DNA of 56,236 bases from Thelocarpon superellum (taxonomy: Eukaryota): NCBI GenBank assembly GCA_026025795.1, contig JAPEUG010000073.1, positions 1 to 56,236 on the forward strand, in the 5' to 3' direction. Position numbers and translations under genes: made by a program. This document shows, piece by piece, positions 11,574 to 24,579 of the stretch; position 1 is the first letter of the stretch, and each line of letters opens with the position of its first letter. Under the pieces are notes generated by a model. It made no database searches. It was not told the DNA's origin and was given only the letters and a program-made list of their open reading frames with translations.

Positions 11574-12502
11574 ATGTCACGACCCGAAGATTCCCTGTGA
11601 GTGGCCCCCGTGAATATACTCGCCGTGATCAATCTCACCCCCGACCCTCATCCAGTCCACCGGACCTCTACTACAATGACCCGGTCTCCCGAAAATACAC
11701 GACGTCGTCGCGGATCTTGTCCATCCAGAGCAGCATGACGCATCGAGCGCTGGCGCTGCTCGCCCTCGCTGGACCGTCTCTGATCCTCGACGTGGGCTGC
11801 GGGTCAGGTCTCTCCGGAAGCATTCTTTCATCGCCGCCGGCCGAGGCCAACGGACCGCACACCTGGATCGGAATGGACATCTCGGCGTCGATGTTGGACG
11901 TCGCGCGGCAGCGGGAGGTCGAGGGTGATCTGATGCTGGCCGACATCGGACAAGGTGTCCCTTTCCGACCAGGCACCTTCGACGCCGCCATCAGTATCAG
12001 CGCCATCCAGTGGCTCTGCAACGCCGAGAGTAGCGAGGTCAGCGCTCAGGGTCGGCTGAGCCGCTTCTTCAACGGCCTCCACGCGAGCTTGAAGCGTGGC
12101 GGCCGCGCCGTCTGCCAGTTCTATCCCAAGAACGACGGCCAGCGCGCCATGATCAGCAACGCGGCCATCCGGGCGGGCTTTGGCGCCGGGATCCTGGAAG
12201 ATGACCCCGAGACTAAGAACCATAAACTCTACCTCGTCTTGACGGTGGGAGGGGCGGGCGATGGTGGGAAGGGGGGTGCCGCGGCAGGCGACATCACGGG
12301 CGTGCTCCAAGGGCTGGAGGACGACGTCGATGTGGTCGACGGCCGGCGAAAGGCAAAGTCCTCAAAGCGGGGCCAGGACCAATCCCTCAGAAAGGGGAGC
12401 AAGGCGTGGATCTTGAAGAAGAAGGACCAGATGGCGCGCAAGGGCAAGGTAGTCAAGTCGAACTCTGCATACACGGGCCGAAAACGAAAGATTACCTTTT
12501 GA
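11574..12502 (+). CDS. BUD23: 18S rRNA guanine-N7 methyltransferase Bud23/WBSCR22 (2 exons)
   Basis: MSRPED|PPDLYYND, ILDVGCGSGLSG, FDAAISISAIQWLCNA, C-terminal YTGRKRK; intron starts at 11597. Confidence 0.95.
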
Positions 12503-12976
12503 TGTCATTCACACAATAGACGCTGGCGACAGGACTACGTATATCGTGAGCAATGATACGCATGCTAGAAGCTGGAGATGAAGTCACATCATCGCCATGA
12601 CCGAATACCACGAACGCTAGTGAGGTGTGGTGTTCTCATCAAGGGATACATTGGACCAATCTAGCATGATGAAGTCGAAACCAATACTCTGGTGGGATAT
12701 ATCCTGTTCCCCCGAAAGTGAACGCCTCCATGAAAACAAGCCTTCGCAGGGAATCCACCAAGCAAACAACGTCGCTGAATGACGGGCATCGGCGGTCAGA
12801 CAATCAAACGGGGCGGCATGAGAGGAAAGGTCCGGCCTTTGCCACGTAAATGTCGAGAAACTTCGCAAGGGTGATGCGTTTACAATCGTGCGGCCCCGAC
12901 CGCGGCCCAGGGCCAAGCATGGCCTGGTGGAATTGAAACATCGATCATGGTGGTCGGTCAAATGGCCTTCATCAGG

Positions 12977-15900
12977 CTAGCCAAACGCACTGTCTTCATG
13001 CACGATGCCTGCGTCGCGACGTCAGCTGTGAGAAGAGTATCAACTATCAAGCACGCATACTGGTACTCTCTCGGAGCTGCGGCATGGAGCTCTGACGTTG
13101 ACCCATGCCCATCAGCAACATGGAGCTCTCCCGGCGCCGAGCCTTGCCATCGCGCGCGTCGTTGGGCGCCAAGGCGCCGTTGAGTGAGCCGTACTCGGGC
13201 CCTGGCATGGTGATGGCGGGCGCGAGACCCGTCGCGAACGGATTCGGCGCATATGATGGCGGATCGTATGACGGCTGCATCGGAGTGAAGCCGGTCTCGT
13301 ACGAGAGATGTGACGGGGCTGGTGCAGGCTGGAAGGCGCGGGCGGCCGGTGTGAAGGTGCTCTGGTGGTAAGCCGGTGTGGGCAGGTCCTGGAACATCTG
13401 CCGGCGTGGGGAGCGAATCTCGTCGGGAGCCGCGTCCGCAGCGGAGATCGAGACCTCGGTGGTGGTGGTGGTAGTGGTGGTGGTGTTGGTGGTCGGACTC
13501 GTCGGGCTGTAGTCCTCCGTGTCCGCGCCGAAAATGTCATCAAACTCGTTCAGGAACATCGAGAGAACCGGGGCCGGGATGTTCAACGTCGGCGAGAAGA
13601 CGATGCCCACTGTGCGAGGGAAGGGTTAGCCACCGTGCCAAGCCACCGGGAGACTCGTCTCGGCGCGGACGCTCACCATTCCGAACGGTCATCTTGTTGG
13701 AGTCGGAATTGTTAACGATCGTGATGAGGAACGCAGATAGCGCGCGGAGAAGGGAATGATTGGCACGCGGGAGTCGGTGCACAAGGCCCCGCAGCGCCGA
13801 AACCTTGCCGGGCTTATTGTCGATTTCTGCCATTCCACAGTCAGCCATGTCGTACGCGGAGGATCGAAAGAACATACCAAGCACATGCAAGAAGTCTAGA
13901 TGCAGCTCTCGCGTAAGGACGGTGGCGGGAAGCTCCCGAAGATAGAGCTTCAGCAGAGAAGCCACGGCATGGATGTCGTAGTACTGCTCCGAGTCCATCA
14001 GATTCACGTCACCTTCAGTGTTGAACCGCTCGCGGAGCGTCTTGATGAGGACGTTGGAGCCGCTCAGCCGGAAGATCCCCTCCTCGGACGCGGCGTTCTT
14101 GGCGTCGAGATACTCGATGCACCGGTAGACGACGGCAGGGAGGTAGACATCAATTCCGATGGGATGAGAGTACTCGACCGCCTCCACGAGCGGTGCGCCA
14201 AACACGGCGCGCACGGCGCCGTGCCGGGCCGTTGACCCAGGCGCCGCAAGGCTCGCGGTCGATCCAGCGCTCGCCTGGGCGAGCACATTGAGATCGGAGG
14301 ACGATCGACCCTTGAAGCCCCAGAGGCCGCGCTTCTTGGGTTCCCTCTTCTCCTTCTCCGTCGCGACCGAGGGCTTCAGCTTGTTGCCCCACGCGCCCAC
14401 GTCCTGGATCTTGACCCCATTGGTCGGCCCGGAGATGTGCATGGACGGGTGCTGCGACGCGGCGGACGCCGGGGGCCCATGGAGATATGACCCGTGCTTC
14501 GAGGGCGACTCGCCGGTCGTCGGAGTCGGTCCCCGCACCGGCGCCTCGGCCTGGACGGTGTCCTCGTAGCTGACGCCGCGCAACGTATCCACTGGGCTAT
14601 CCCCGCCGGCGGGCCCCAGGGCCGCGAGGTCGCGCGCCCGAGGGTGCCGGCCTGGTCCCGCGGGAGGCGGCTCGGCGATAGAGACCGTACGGGCGGCGGA
14701 GGCCCGCTCGTCCTCGGAGGGATGGTCGTCGACGTACCGCAGCAGGGCGGCGACCCAAGCGTCCCGCTCGGCGTCGCTCTCGGCGCACAAGACGTGCCGG
14801 ACATGGCTGGCCGAGTCCTTCTTCTTGGGCTCGAGGATCATAAAGGCGTGTCGATATTGATCGTCGAGATCGTCCACCTCGCCGCGTGCGGGGGAGCCGC
14901 CCGAGCGTTGCGGCGATTGCTTACCGATCTGGGCCCGGGGGAGCTTGATCGTGCCGAGGTGCGGTCCTCCTGGCGATTCATAGTATCGGAGGATCGGTCC
15001 ATCGAGACAGAAATACCGTGCCTTCCAACCCCCAAAGTTCTTCCCACGTTTGGTCAGATATCCCTCCTTCCGAGGCCGGGCGCCCGGATCGGAGGGAGCG
15101 GCGCCCGTCGAAATGGTCGCGTCGGGAGCGCTGGACAGCTCAGGCTCGAGGGCATCGGCGGAGAGGAAGCGGCAGATGATGAGCGCCGTCGGTTCGTCCA
15201 TGGGCATCTGCAGGATGGCCTCGAGATATTGCTCCAGTGCGGCACGACGGGCGTCCACCTTGGCGGGGGCGTGGCCGTTGAACAGGCTCCGGTCCGGGAG
15301 CCGGGGGGCGAGCTGCGTAGTCTTCTTAAGCTGGTGGTCCAGCTGCGGTAAGGACATGACGTCTCGCTCGACCTGCCAGAGCTCCCGATCGTCCGCGTGG
15401 GCGACGACACCCAGGGTGAAGACGGCCTCCTCCTCGGACGCCTTGGTCTTGCCGGTGATGAAGCTGGCGCGTGACGGCCGCAGCCGGGACGAGAGCACCT
15501 TGACGTAGATGGACCTCAGCGCCGGCGGGCCCAAGAGTAGGTGGGGATGCTGCTCCGAGATGAAGCCCCGGTAGATGCCCCTTGGCGGCGAGGATCGCAC
15601 GGACGGGGCCGGATCCTCCCGAGGCGGAGTCGTCGACTCCGCTCGAGGGGCGCCGGAAGCCGGGTCGAACGTGGGTGAGCGAATCGAGGCGGGCGTGCTC
15701 GGTGGGCGCGCAATCGACTGCGTAGTGGGCCGGGGAGACATCGGCAGACCTGGCGTGTGGATCCGTGGGGACAAGGGCGGTGAGGCCAGCACCGGGAGGC
15801 TCGTCCCTTCTCGCGGCAGGCGGGGCGCGGGCGAATTCAGGGGGCGATCACCCGGGCGGGGGCTCGTGGGCAGCCCGGGGCTTACCGGGCCGGAGACGTT

Positions 15901-17742
15901 GCGGGAGGGGCTCGCCACCAAGAGGCTCTGCGGCCGCGGTGCGCCCAGCACCGTCGCGAGGGAGGTCGGCGAGCGCAAGCTGCCCTCGGAATCTGGGGGC
16001 GAGATGGGGACTGTCTGTCGGGCGGGAGCGTCGCGGGGGCTGGTGGGTCCCTCCGACGCCGGCTTGGCGCCCTTCTCCTTCTTGGAGCGACTGCTGTGCG
16101 CCGATTCCCGTTGCGCGGCCTCCTCGCGCTCGCGGTCATCCTCCTCGCGCGTCTTGCGTCGACCGCGCTCAAAGACGGGGATCTCGTCGACCTCGAGGAT
16201 GTCGTCATAGTCGGAGTCGGAATGGTCCTCTCGCTCCATTTGATGGAGGTGGGCGCTGGCGCGAGGGTTACGCTGTGCGAGGTTCAGTGGCGCGGGCGGC
16301 GCCTTTCGCGGGAAGTTGGCCGTGGACCGCTCCACGACGGGCGACGGCTCCGTCAAGGAGAGCGTCGGCGCCATCTGCAGCTGCCCTAACCGCGGAAGGG
16401 CCCGCTGCGCACCAAAGCCGCGGGGCAGGTTCGCATCTGGCTCCTGGGCCCCGTTGGCGAGCGTCGGCGGTGATCCCTTCATCGGTCCTGCGGACTTGGG
16501 CACCGTCTCCGTCCGGGGAGAGGTCTCTGGCTCGGTGACCTCGGTGCCCTCCGAGGCCGTGGAGGCCTGGTCAGAGGAGTGATTGTCGACCCCCTCGGGC
16601 ACGACCGGGTGCGCCGGCGCGGATCCACGCCGACGTGGAGAGAGGGGAAGCGGCTCGAGATTGGGGACGGTCAACGGGTCCACCAGCTGGTCGTCCCGAT
16701 CGGCGCGGGTGGTCGACTGACCGTGACCGGAGAAGAGGCTGTCAGCGATGCTCTCGTCGTGCACGGGGGACGTATCACGCGGAGCCGACGGCGGCGGCGG
16801 CGGCGGCGGGCGAGTGGCGGATCGTTCCGGGGGCCCCCCGATGCTCCCGGTATCTAGAGCGGGGACCGGCGGCGGTTGGGCGAGATGCTCCTTGAGCTTT
16901 CGCCGATAGCGCTCCTTGTCTTTCAGGGCCTGCTCGAGGTCCTTGTTCAGACCCAGGATCATGGTGCGCTGTTTGTCCACCAACCGCCACAGCTGTGCAT
17001 TCTGGGACGCGGACGATTGCTTTTCCTTCAGGAGGTGTTGGATGACGGCTTCGGGAGAGCCGGCGGTGGTGATGAGATGGGTGACGTCGGTGGCCGGGGA
17101 GGCCGCCGCATCGGGAGTGGAACGTTGGGAGTGAGAGGTCTGTGAGGACAAGGATGAGATGGCTGAATCGATGGAGGAGGTGCGCAGCGCCGGGCGAATG
17201 TCGGGCCGCGTGAGGGGGTTGGCGGAGCTCATGGCGGACGGTGACGATGTGGCCACGGACCGTGTGAGGTTCAACGGGCCCGGGGCTGAGACATTGCGCA
17301 GTGCGCCATACGCGGATGGTGTGGTCGTGCCCGATGCCGTTCCCTCCAGGGGCGTGGTGATGGGGGTGGTGGAGGGCCGCACGGGATTGGAAACAGTGTC
17401 AGCAACGGCCTCCGTGGCCAGCAACGCATCCAAACGCTCTCGCGGACTCGGCGTTTGGCGGGGCGGGCTGGCGCGAACGGCGTGAGGCGGCGAGGCCGGC
17501 TGCGGGCTCGCCGGTGGACGAGGGAAGGGTAAGGCGTCCGGGTCAGGCAGGACGGCGTCGTCGTCGACGATGGGGCCAGGCGGGTACGTCTCGGCGGCGT
17601 GGAGCGGACTGGGCATCAACGTTCGTTTCGACGGCCCGCGGGCAGCGGCGGCGAGATGCGAGCTCGTGGGAAGGGGGCCGGCTGCAATGCTGTCATGGGC
17701 GTTGGTGGCGGAGGAGGGACGGTGAGGTGGAGGATGCGACAT
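12977..17742 (-). CDS. BEM3: Bem3-like RhoGAP with PX and PH domains (4 exons)
   Basis: PH domain KEGYLTKRGKNFGGWKARYF; PX-like LFNGHAPAKVDARR; RhoGAP EEGIFRLSGS..LLKLYLRELP..NKMTVRN|VGIVFSPTL. Three 3' introns, including in-frame 13827-13877; last exon IVHEDSAFG*. Confidence 0.88.
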
Positions 17743-20597
17743 GGTCCCGACGGTTCGCGCGCTCAAGGGCTCACCGGACCGGCCGTGGAGCGAAGGCCCA
17801 AACGGTGCGGACGGTCGATCTCACGGCGATCACGGCGAGGGAAGCCCACCCACCCAGAGGGCGCCCTCAGGGTCGGAGTCGGTCCTTGTCGCAGGTGCTT
17901 TGTCGCCCATGGGCCAGGGAGGCGCTTGGCGAGATCGATCGTCGGTGCCGCCTGCAGGACCGCAACCGGCAGGAACGAGGACGATGCCGGATCGGGCGCG
18001 AACGTCGTCGGAGGAAGGGCCGCCAGTGGACCGGTCGGTGGAGGGGGGAGCCGACCGTCGACGCGGTCAGGATGCTCCGGCGAAGGTGAGGGCGAAGAAA
18101 CGAGCAGGTGAGGGCGATAGTGGTATGGTACTCGTGATTGATCCCCGCAAATATCGTTGACCCTGACCCCCGACGCTGCCCTGGCCACTGAGCGAGAACC
18201 TCTTTGAGCGTAGAGAGGAGCGAGGTGGAAGGGCAACCTCCTTGACCCCTGCCCCTGCGCACGCAGTACCGCTTAGCGAGGGGCGGATGTCAGATAGGTA
18301 CTGTCGTACGATCGAAGGTCTACAAGTACGGGGTACCTAGCACGATGCGGCGCCGACCGTGTACGAGAATGCATCGGGACGGTCTGGGGGTGACGGCATG
18401 CAACAGCCTGGTCGCATCGTGACTCCCTAAAATTGTGGTACTCGCAACTCGGAGAGCACCCGCATCTCCGCCGCCTCGGCTCGGCGACCAATCCGGTCGA
18501 GGTGGAAGGCGCGACGAAGCCATTAACGATAGGACGAGGGACGGTTGGAGCTCAGGCGCTGGCCGAGTGGATGTGCCCTACCACGTTGCCGGGCGCTTCC
18601 TCCGGCGCTGGCGAGAATTTCAGGACGACGGGGCCAGCGTGGCCCCAGTCATCGGGCACGCACCGTCCCAAGGCATGCAGCATCAGGCGCGTGGACATGC
18701 CGACGCTTGCATCAGGTCACTCTCTTGTCACACCTCCGTCGAGGTACCGCGGTGAATGTGATGGATGGCACCTCGTAGGTCGGGTGTCGTAGGTCGGCGC
18801 TGGCTCGCTGGCTCGTTGACTGGTCGGTTCGATGGCCAGGCGAGGCCCCAATCGGCATTGGGCCGTGCTCAGGGGTGGATGGGGTGACAGGCGAGGCGAA
18901 GAAACTGGCGTCCCTCGTCCCGCTTGAAGCTACGAGGACTCGGCTGATACTCTGGAACCTTGAAGGTGGCGGTGTGCGCACGCCGCGGCGGCCGCTGGCC
19001 GCGAAGAAACGCCGGATTAGCTAGTGATTGGGCGAAAGAGTAGCGCCGGTCGAGGTGATTACAGTTCCAACTAGGTCCGGCGTCCGTTCAATTCAGCGTC
19101 GGGCCACTCCTCGGTCGTAGAGCTGGAGCAACGGTGGCGGCGGCGGCGGTGGTGGTGGTGGTGGAACCTCGTCCGGCATCGCTCTGTCATCCCATCTTCC
19201 GATTGATCGAAAGCCTCTCGGCCATCCGATCATACGTCATCCGGTAATCGCCGCGGCTGGCGATGATTTGAAGAGGAGTAAAGCGTCCAATGGCGCTGAC
19301 GACACACACGGGGACATGTCGTTCTTGCCCTTCCATGCCGTGATGACCAACGCTGCCGATTGCCAACGTGAACGATTCCTGCCCCGAGCAAGCAAAGAGT
19401 GGCTGGGGCCAACAGAGTGGCCACAAAGTTGAAGCGGGTACCGGGCGTACGAGAGATGGCGTCTTCCGTGTTCTGCACGAAGGGCGGAATGGAAACAGCT
19501 GGAGTCTCGGATCACGTAAGTTCTAACGGTGACATGACTCCAACGATCGGGCTTCCTCATCTTATGCCCGCACGACATGCCGCGGAGCCGCGAGCTGCAA
19601 GCCAGCCCGGAACTTTAGCCAAGAGGTGAAGCGCATAATCGATTGGGCCTACGGAATGGTGCCACTACCACGCTAGTACGTCGTACTCCTGTAAATACCA
19701 GTGTGGTGCGCTGTTCCTGGGCGCAACGGGGGGCATTTCGGGTGATTACCATCATTTCCACGGCGAACTGCTAAGCACCAAATACCAAATGAGGCGTCGC
19801 TCCAGCTCCATCGTTCCTGCCCTTGGCGGATTTCCCACTCTGAAACATTCGCGATGATCACTACCACGACAGTCTGCGATCGGTGATTGGTTCTCCGATC
19901 CACCTGAGATTCACTTATACTCCCATGAGTTTCGTCGTCCGCACCCGTCGACCAAGTATCCATTCTCTTGGCGGCCTGGAAAAGATCCACCGCCTTTGAA
20001 ATACGACTACCACCGGTTGAAGGACGAGAGGGCGTGGCAGATTTGCCCGTTACCTCCGCAGCTCTTATTGGACCAGTTCATTGTCACGTAGGCGCTGGTC
20101 AAGCCGCCAAATGGCGCTTCGTGACGGCCATAATGCGTCAGCTTTGTCCCACATGTGGGTACTGCCTCATAAGTACCCTTGATGAAATTGCGAGCGTTGA
20201 TACGCATGGGTGGAATGCGGGCAATGCATACTCACGGCGCTCCTGGACAGCCAATGATTCGATAACGATAATCTTCGAGCTCGAGCTCGAGCTCGTCACT
20301 GGGTAGTGACTAACGGTGGATTATGCGTGTTACCTGTTTCATTCATCACCCACCGACTTGGATGGTGGCTGGTGGGCATGCACCACACTCATCGCTCCTT
20401 CTCTGGACGTCGAGGTTAGTCATGAGAGCCAAGATGTTGTGGATCCGTCGGACCGCCTGGGGTGGTGACGCCATAGCCGCCTTCCCAAGCATTGTGGGGA
20501 CTTGCCATGCGATGTTGTTGTGCAAGTCTCCGCTGACGCGAGCGTCAGGCGGCCCGGCACTGGCGGCCATCCACACCTTGATTGACGACTACGACGG

Positions 20598-22283
20598 ATG
20601 GAAAAGATGACGACGGCTTCGTTGGAGTGGAGAGGCCTCCCGCATCGCCGCCTCCCACGGATCGCGGTGCCACCGGTCGAGAATGGGCCATGCCGCCCGA
20701 CCGATACGATCACGGCGACCCGGCGGATCGTCGAGGCCGAGGCGGACCGACGGGGACGTCCAACACCCCCGTCGGAGGTGAGACTGGATGGAAATGCCAG
20801 CAGTGTACTTGCCGCCTCGGTCTTGACCTTGTCGTCCCTTGATCTGCTCTCCACACCCTCCGCAGGCTCTAATTACTCGTCCCCGCCTCCTTCCAGTGAA
20901 CGATCGCGGGGCGACCAAGGAGAGGACCGACGAGAAAGGCTGGGCGTGGAGGAAGGTTATCCTGGCACAATGGCCGGCCCCGACCCGGATATGGGCGCCA
21001 AATTGCCTGCCCCGTCAGAGACCGCTGATGAGGCCAGGACCCTCCCGACGGCGCAGGTTTCACCGCGTCCGCCGCAAAGGAGACGATGGGGAGTGAAGAA
21101 GATCTTGCGGTGCTGTCGTCCCCCGAGCGCAGCATCGTCTTCGCCCTCGCTCCCGGCATATCGCGGGCCATCAGGGAGACCTACGAGACCAGACAGGGGG
21201 TTACTGGCCCTCGCAGCATCACGGGTGGACGCTCCGACCAGCGTGACGACCTCTCTGAAGCGTACCGCGCGAGTTTCGCGGTCGGATCTCTCGCGGCGCG
21301 GACGCACATCGTCAGGTCCCGTGGTCTCCAGGGCAGCAGGCTCCCTTCTCAGCGACTCTCATCCCTCCGGCGAGGAGCACGTGGCCTATCACGCAATCGA
21401 CTTGATGCAAGTGACACGTCGCCTAGATGCGTTGGAGGAGCGAACGGAAGAGGCCTCAACCCGGCGGACGACATGGCGGACGATGGAACTGGCGGATACG
21501 ATTTCTCCTCCGCCGTTGGTGGACGTGCCCCCCAACGCGATGGACGACTACTCGGGCATCTTAGACGACTTTAGCGATGTGGGTAGCGGGAATACGGAAT
21601 TCGTCGAGTGGCTCGATGAGAGTTTACGACGGAGCGGCTTCGTGGACATTGTCTATCGTGATCCCTTTCTTGCGGCCCCGACCTCTAGGGCCATCCCGTC
21701 CTTCGCACCGGTACCATCAGAGTCGCATTGGGCAAGCGATCCGAGGCCGGAAGAGGAAGTGTGGCCAGTGGCTCCCGAGGCCAACCCGCCTGGCGTTGGA
21801 AATGTCCACAGCGTGGAGACGCTATATGACTCACCTATGACCGTGTCGCACGGTAGCGATCAAGACCCATCACCGCCGCGCGACAGTCACCCCTATCTTC
21901 TCATTGGGGCAATCCGTCCGACGCCAGCACGCAGCCCTGCCCTATCCCTGCGCCGCACCTCTCATGTCATCATCGCGCCGGTCTCAGGTATCATCTCGCA
22001 GTCGGCAGCGGCGGAGACGATGCCGAAGGCAAGTCCTGCACTGCTCGCTCCCCAGCCACCCGGCCCTGCCTCGCGTCGGAGGAGAGATGGGTTGACCCTG
22101 ACCGACGTGGACCCCGACGCGCCCCGTCTTTCACTCGCGTCGTCCTCGGCCTCGGAGCAGGGAGAAGCGCGCGAGGAGTGGCGGCGTCGACAAGCATTGT
22201 GGGCACGAGCAGTGGCGACCCGACAGAAGAGGGAGCGTGAGCAGGTGCTCCGGCGACGAGCCGAGATGGGCTGGAATCTCTAA
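20598..22283 (+). CDS. Orphan, low-complexity hypothetical protein (561 aa; true start uncertain, possibly 20970)
   Basis: Long uninterrupted Pro/Ser/Arg-rich ORF with a charged helical C-terminus; no recognisable domain. Confidence 0.5.
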   Translation: MEKMTTASLEWRGLPHRRLPRIAVPPVENGPCRPTDTITATRRIVEAEADRRGRPTPPSEVRLDGNASSVLAASVLTLSSLDLLSTPSAGSNYSSPPPSSERSRGDQGEDRRERLGVEEGYPGTMAGPDPDMGAKLPAPSETADEARTLPTAQVSPRPPQRRRWGVKKILRCCRPPSAASSSPSLPAYRGPSGRPTRPDRGLLALAASRVDAPTSVTTSLKRTARVSRSDLSRRGRTSSGPVVSRAAGSLLSDSHPSGEEHVAYHAIDLMQVTRRLDALEERTEEASTRRTTWRTMELADTISPPPLVDVPPNAMDDYSGILDDFSDVGSGNTEFVEWLDESLRRSGFVDIVYRDPFLAAPTSRAIPSFAPVPSESHWASDPRPEEEVWPVAPEANPPGVGNVHSVETLYDSPMTVSHGSDQDPSPPRDSHPYLLIGAIRPTPARSPALSLRRTSHVIIAPVSGIISQSAAAETMPKASPALLAPQPPGPASRRRRDGLTLTDVDPDAPRLSLASSSASEQGEAREEWRRRQALWARAVATRQKREREQVLRRRAEMGWNL

Positions 22284-23116
22284 GATGCGTGGGGCGTCCT
22301 GACTGGGTGCAAGCCGCGGTGCGATGCACGTTTACTATGTACCTATTGGCGGCTTGGTCGTCTCTGGTCCTTAGGTATCTTGATTATCCGATGCAACTCT
22401 CTAGTCCATCCTTGCATATCGACATGTCGACACCCTCGGCGACTCTCTCACCGTGCACATATATGTGGCATGCCAGGTTGCGACCGGTTGACCATCCTTC
22501 GGGGACCATAACCACCGGCTCGATTACCCATGGACCATTGGAAAAATCCATGGGGAAGATCCCCCCTGATCTTGATCCGTCCACTCACACCGGCCCAGTG
22601 CGCCTCTTGCTTTCGTTATCCTCCTTTTCAGGGGGCATGTCCAAATCTTTACTGCCACGGGGCCTGGTCAATATCGTCGGGACTCTAAATCACGTGCTCA
22701 AGATCGTGATGAAAGGGTTTCCTTATCGGTGCCTGGGCTTTCTGCAGTCGAGCAATACTCCCTCCCATGGTGCATGCACGTCGTACATGGCGCATGCAAA
22801 GTGTCCGCTAACCCTTGCAGCACGACAGGATCACACGGCAGCCTCGTGGGAGCTCCGACAAGGATCATGTCACAGTGTGCAGCCTCGCTGAGTCGACCGC
22901 GGTGGCCTCAGCCTCCACCAATCACGATAGCCCACATGGCCCTCTTCGTCTGAGGACGTCTTGGGCGGGGAAGGCAGGCTACGTCTTACCGTCCTCCGCC
23001 ACTGTCCGTACTGGTCATATCCTACATTGACAAAGGCCATTCCAAAGGCGGACTTGTTGCCCAGCAAGAAACCAAAGCCTTCGTCGCTGGCATTGCCGTC
23101 TGTTCTTCTCGAGACC

Positions 23117-24579
23117 ATGGGAAAGAAAGGTAGTAACTCCCGCAGACAGTCGACTGCACCAGGTGCGCCCCGCTTGGATCCCCAAGAGAGACAGCTCAGC
23201 CGATTCTACGAGCCGCTGGTGTTACTCCATGCCTTGGATAACACGCACGGAGACCACATCCCCAGCTCCTCGAATGAGCCCCCTTCTTCAACCGATCTTA
23301 CCATGCAAAAGCTGCGGAGGGCATTTCTCGATCAGCTTGCATACGTTTGCGATTACACCAAGAGCGGCGATACCGTCACGGCGATCGCGGTTGAAGACAC
23401 TCCCCAGGGGGCCGTCTTCTGGCTGGCGGCAAACGAAGATCCTCGACGCCGGATCGCTCCATTTCTGGAGAAGCTTCTGGATCTTCTACAAAGTCTGGGG
23501 AATTTGACGGGCGAGCATGTGGAAAAGGCCGCAGATGAGATTTTGCAGTTGATTCTCTCGTTCAATAAGTCGAGATTGAAGACTTACTGGCAATTTTTAC
23601 AAGTATCCCTGAAGGAATGCCAAAGGATTCTGAGCTCAAGCGGCGGCGACAAAGGCAAGCGATACATCAGCCCTATGCGCTAGGTGGCTTACATCCCCTA
23701 GATACCGATGCTGGACTTGCCACATGGTTAGAGTCGATTCAGAAGAACAAAGACGGGATGCAGTCGCGGAGTCAGCTCTGTTATGACGCAAGGGGATCGC
23801 CACATGTGAAAGTGCTCAAGCAGAGATCGCTCGAGACCAATGGACGCAGGTCCAACGATCCCAATCTTCGGCCATTTGCCAACGTGCGACATCTTCTCGG
23901 ACGCTTGGGCTCGCACCCGAAGGCTACGAAGCTACTCGTCGGGGCCGCGCCCCGACTCGCGTCTGCTGGATTCTTGGACAGCCTTGAGATCCGATGCTGT
24001 GCATCACCCAACCAACCCCAGAATCCGCCGCGGGCAGACCATAAGACCAGTTTAGACGGTATGGTGAAGCGGATGATGCCATCGAATGATCCGGAGCTGC
24101 CAGGATACCAGGAGGCCCTTTGCTCAATGGACCATCATCTGGGACTTCACGATCGAGTACTCAGCCTCTATGAGCGATATCAGGACCCAAGTTTCCGGCT
24201 GCGAGTCCACGCCGAGCTCATCGTACTAGAGACCTTCTGGTGGGGGAAGCTCCCGTTCGTGGACAGGGACCGTTACATCGCCTGCAGCAAACCGGCATGC
24301 TACTGTTGTTATCACTACATCTGCCGCCATCCCGGCAACTTTGTGCTCCCATCTTCGCACAACAAGACCTATCTTAACTGGAGCCCTCCCCAGGTCCCTG
24401 GCCAGGGAGCCAACCACCAGCGAGATATGTTGAACGAAGTCGTTCAAACCATCCGGCGCGATGTACTCCACGAGATCCGTGAGCGCCGGGCACCCCGTCA
24501 ATGGCATGCGGATTCGACCACTGGCATCACTCCATCGGTCGCTTCACAACCGGATGGGTGCTCAATGATCACGCCGTAG
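23117..24579 (+). CDS. OTT_1508-like nucleic-acid deaminase superfamily protein (2 exons)
   Basis: Zn motif VHAELIVLE (24205-) ... YIACSKPACYCC (24274-24309). N-terminal FLDQLAYVCD..GDTVTAIAVE..VFWLAAN block typical of the fungal members. The two ORFs are joined by a 47-nt GC-AG intron at 23655-23701. Confidence 0.85.

Noticed and set aside
19133..19165. (GGC)n(GGT)n tract; also (TCGAGC)3 at 20275-20295
   Set aside because: Ordinary microsatellites; the poly-Pro mini-ORF on the minus strand has no support.
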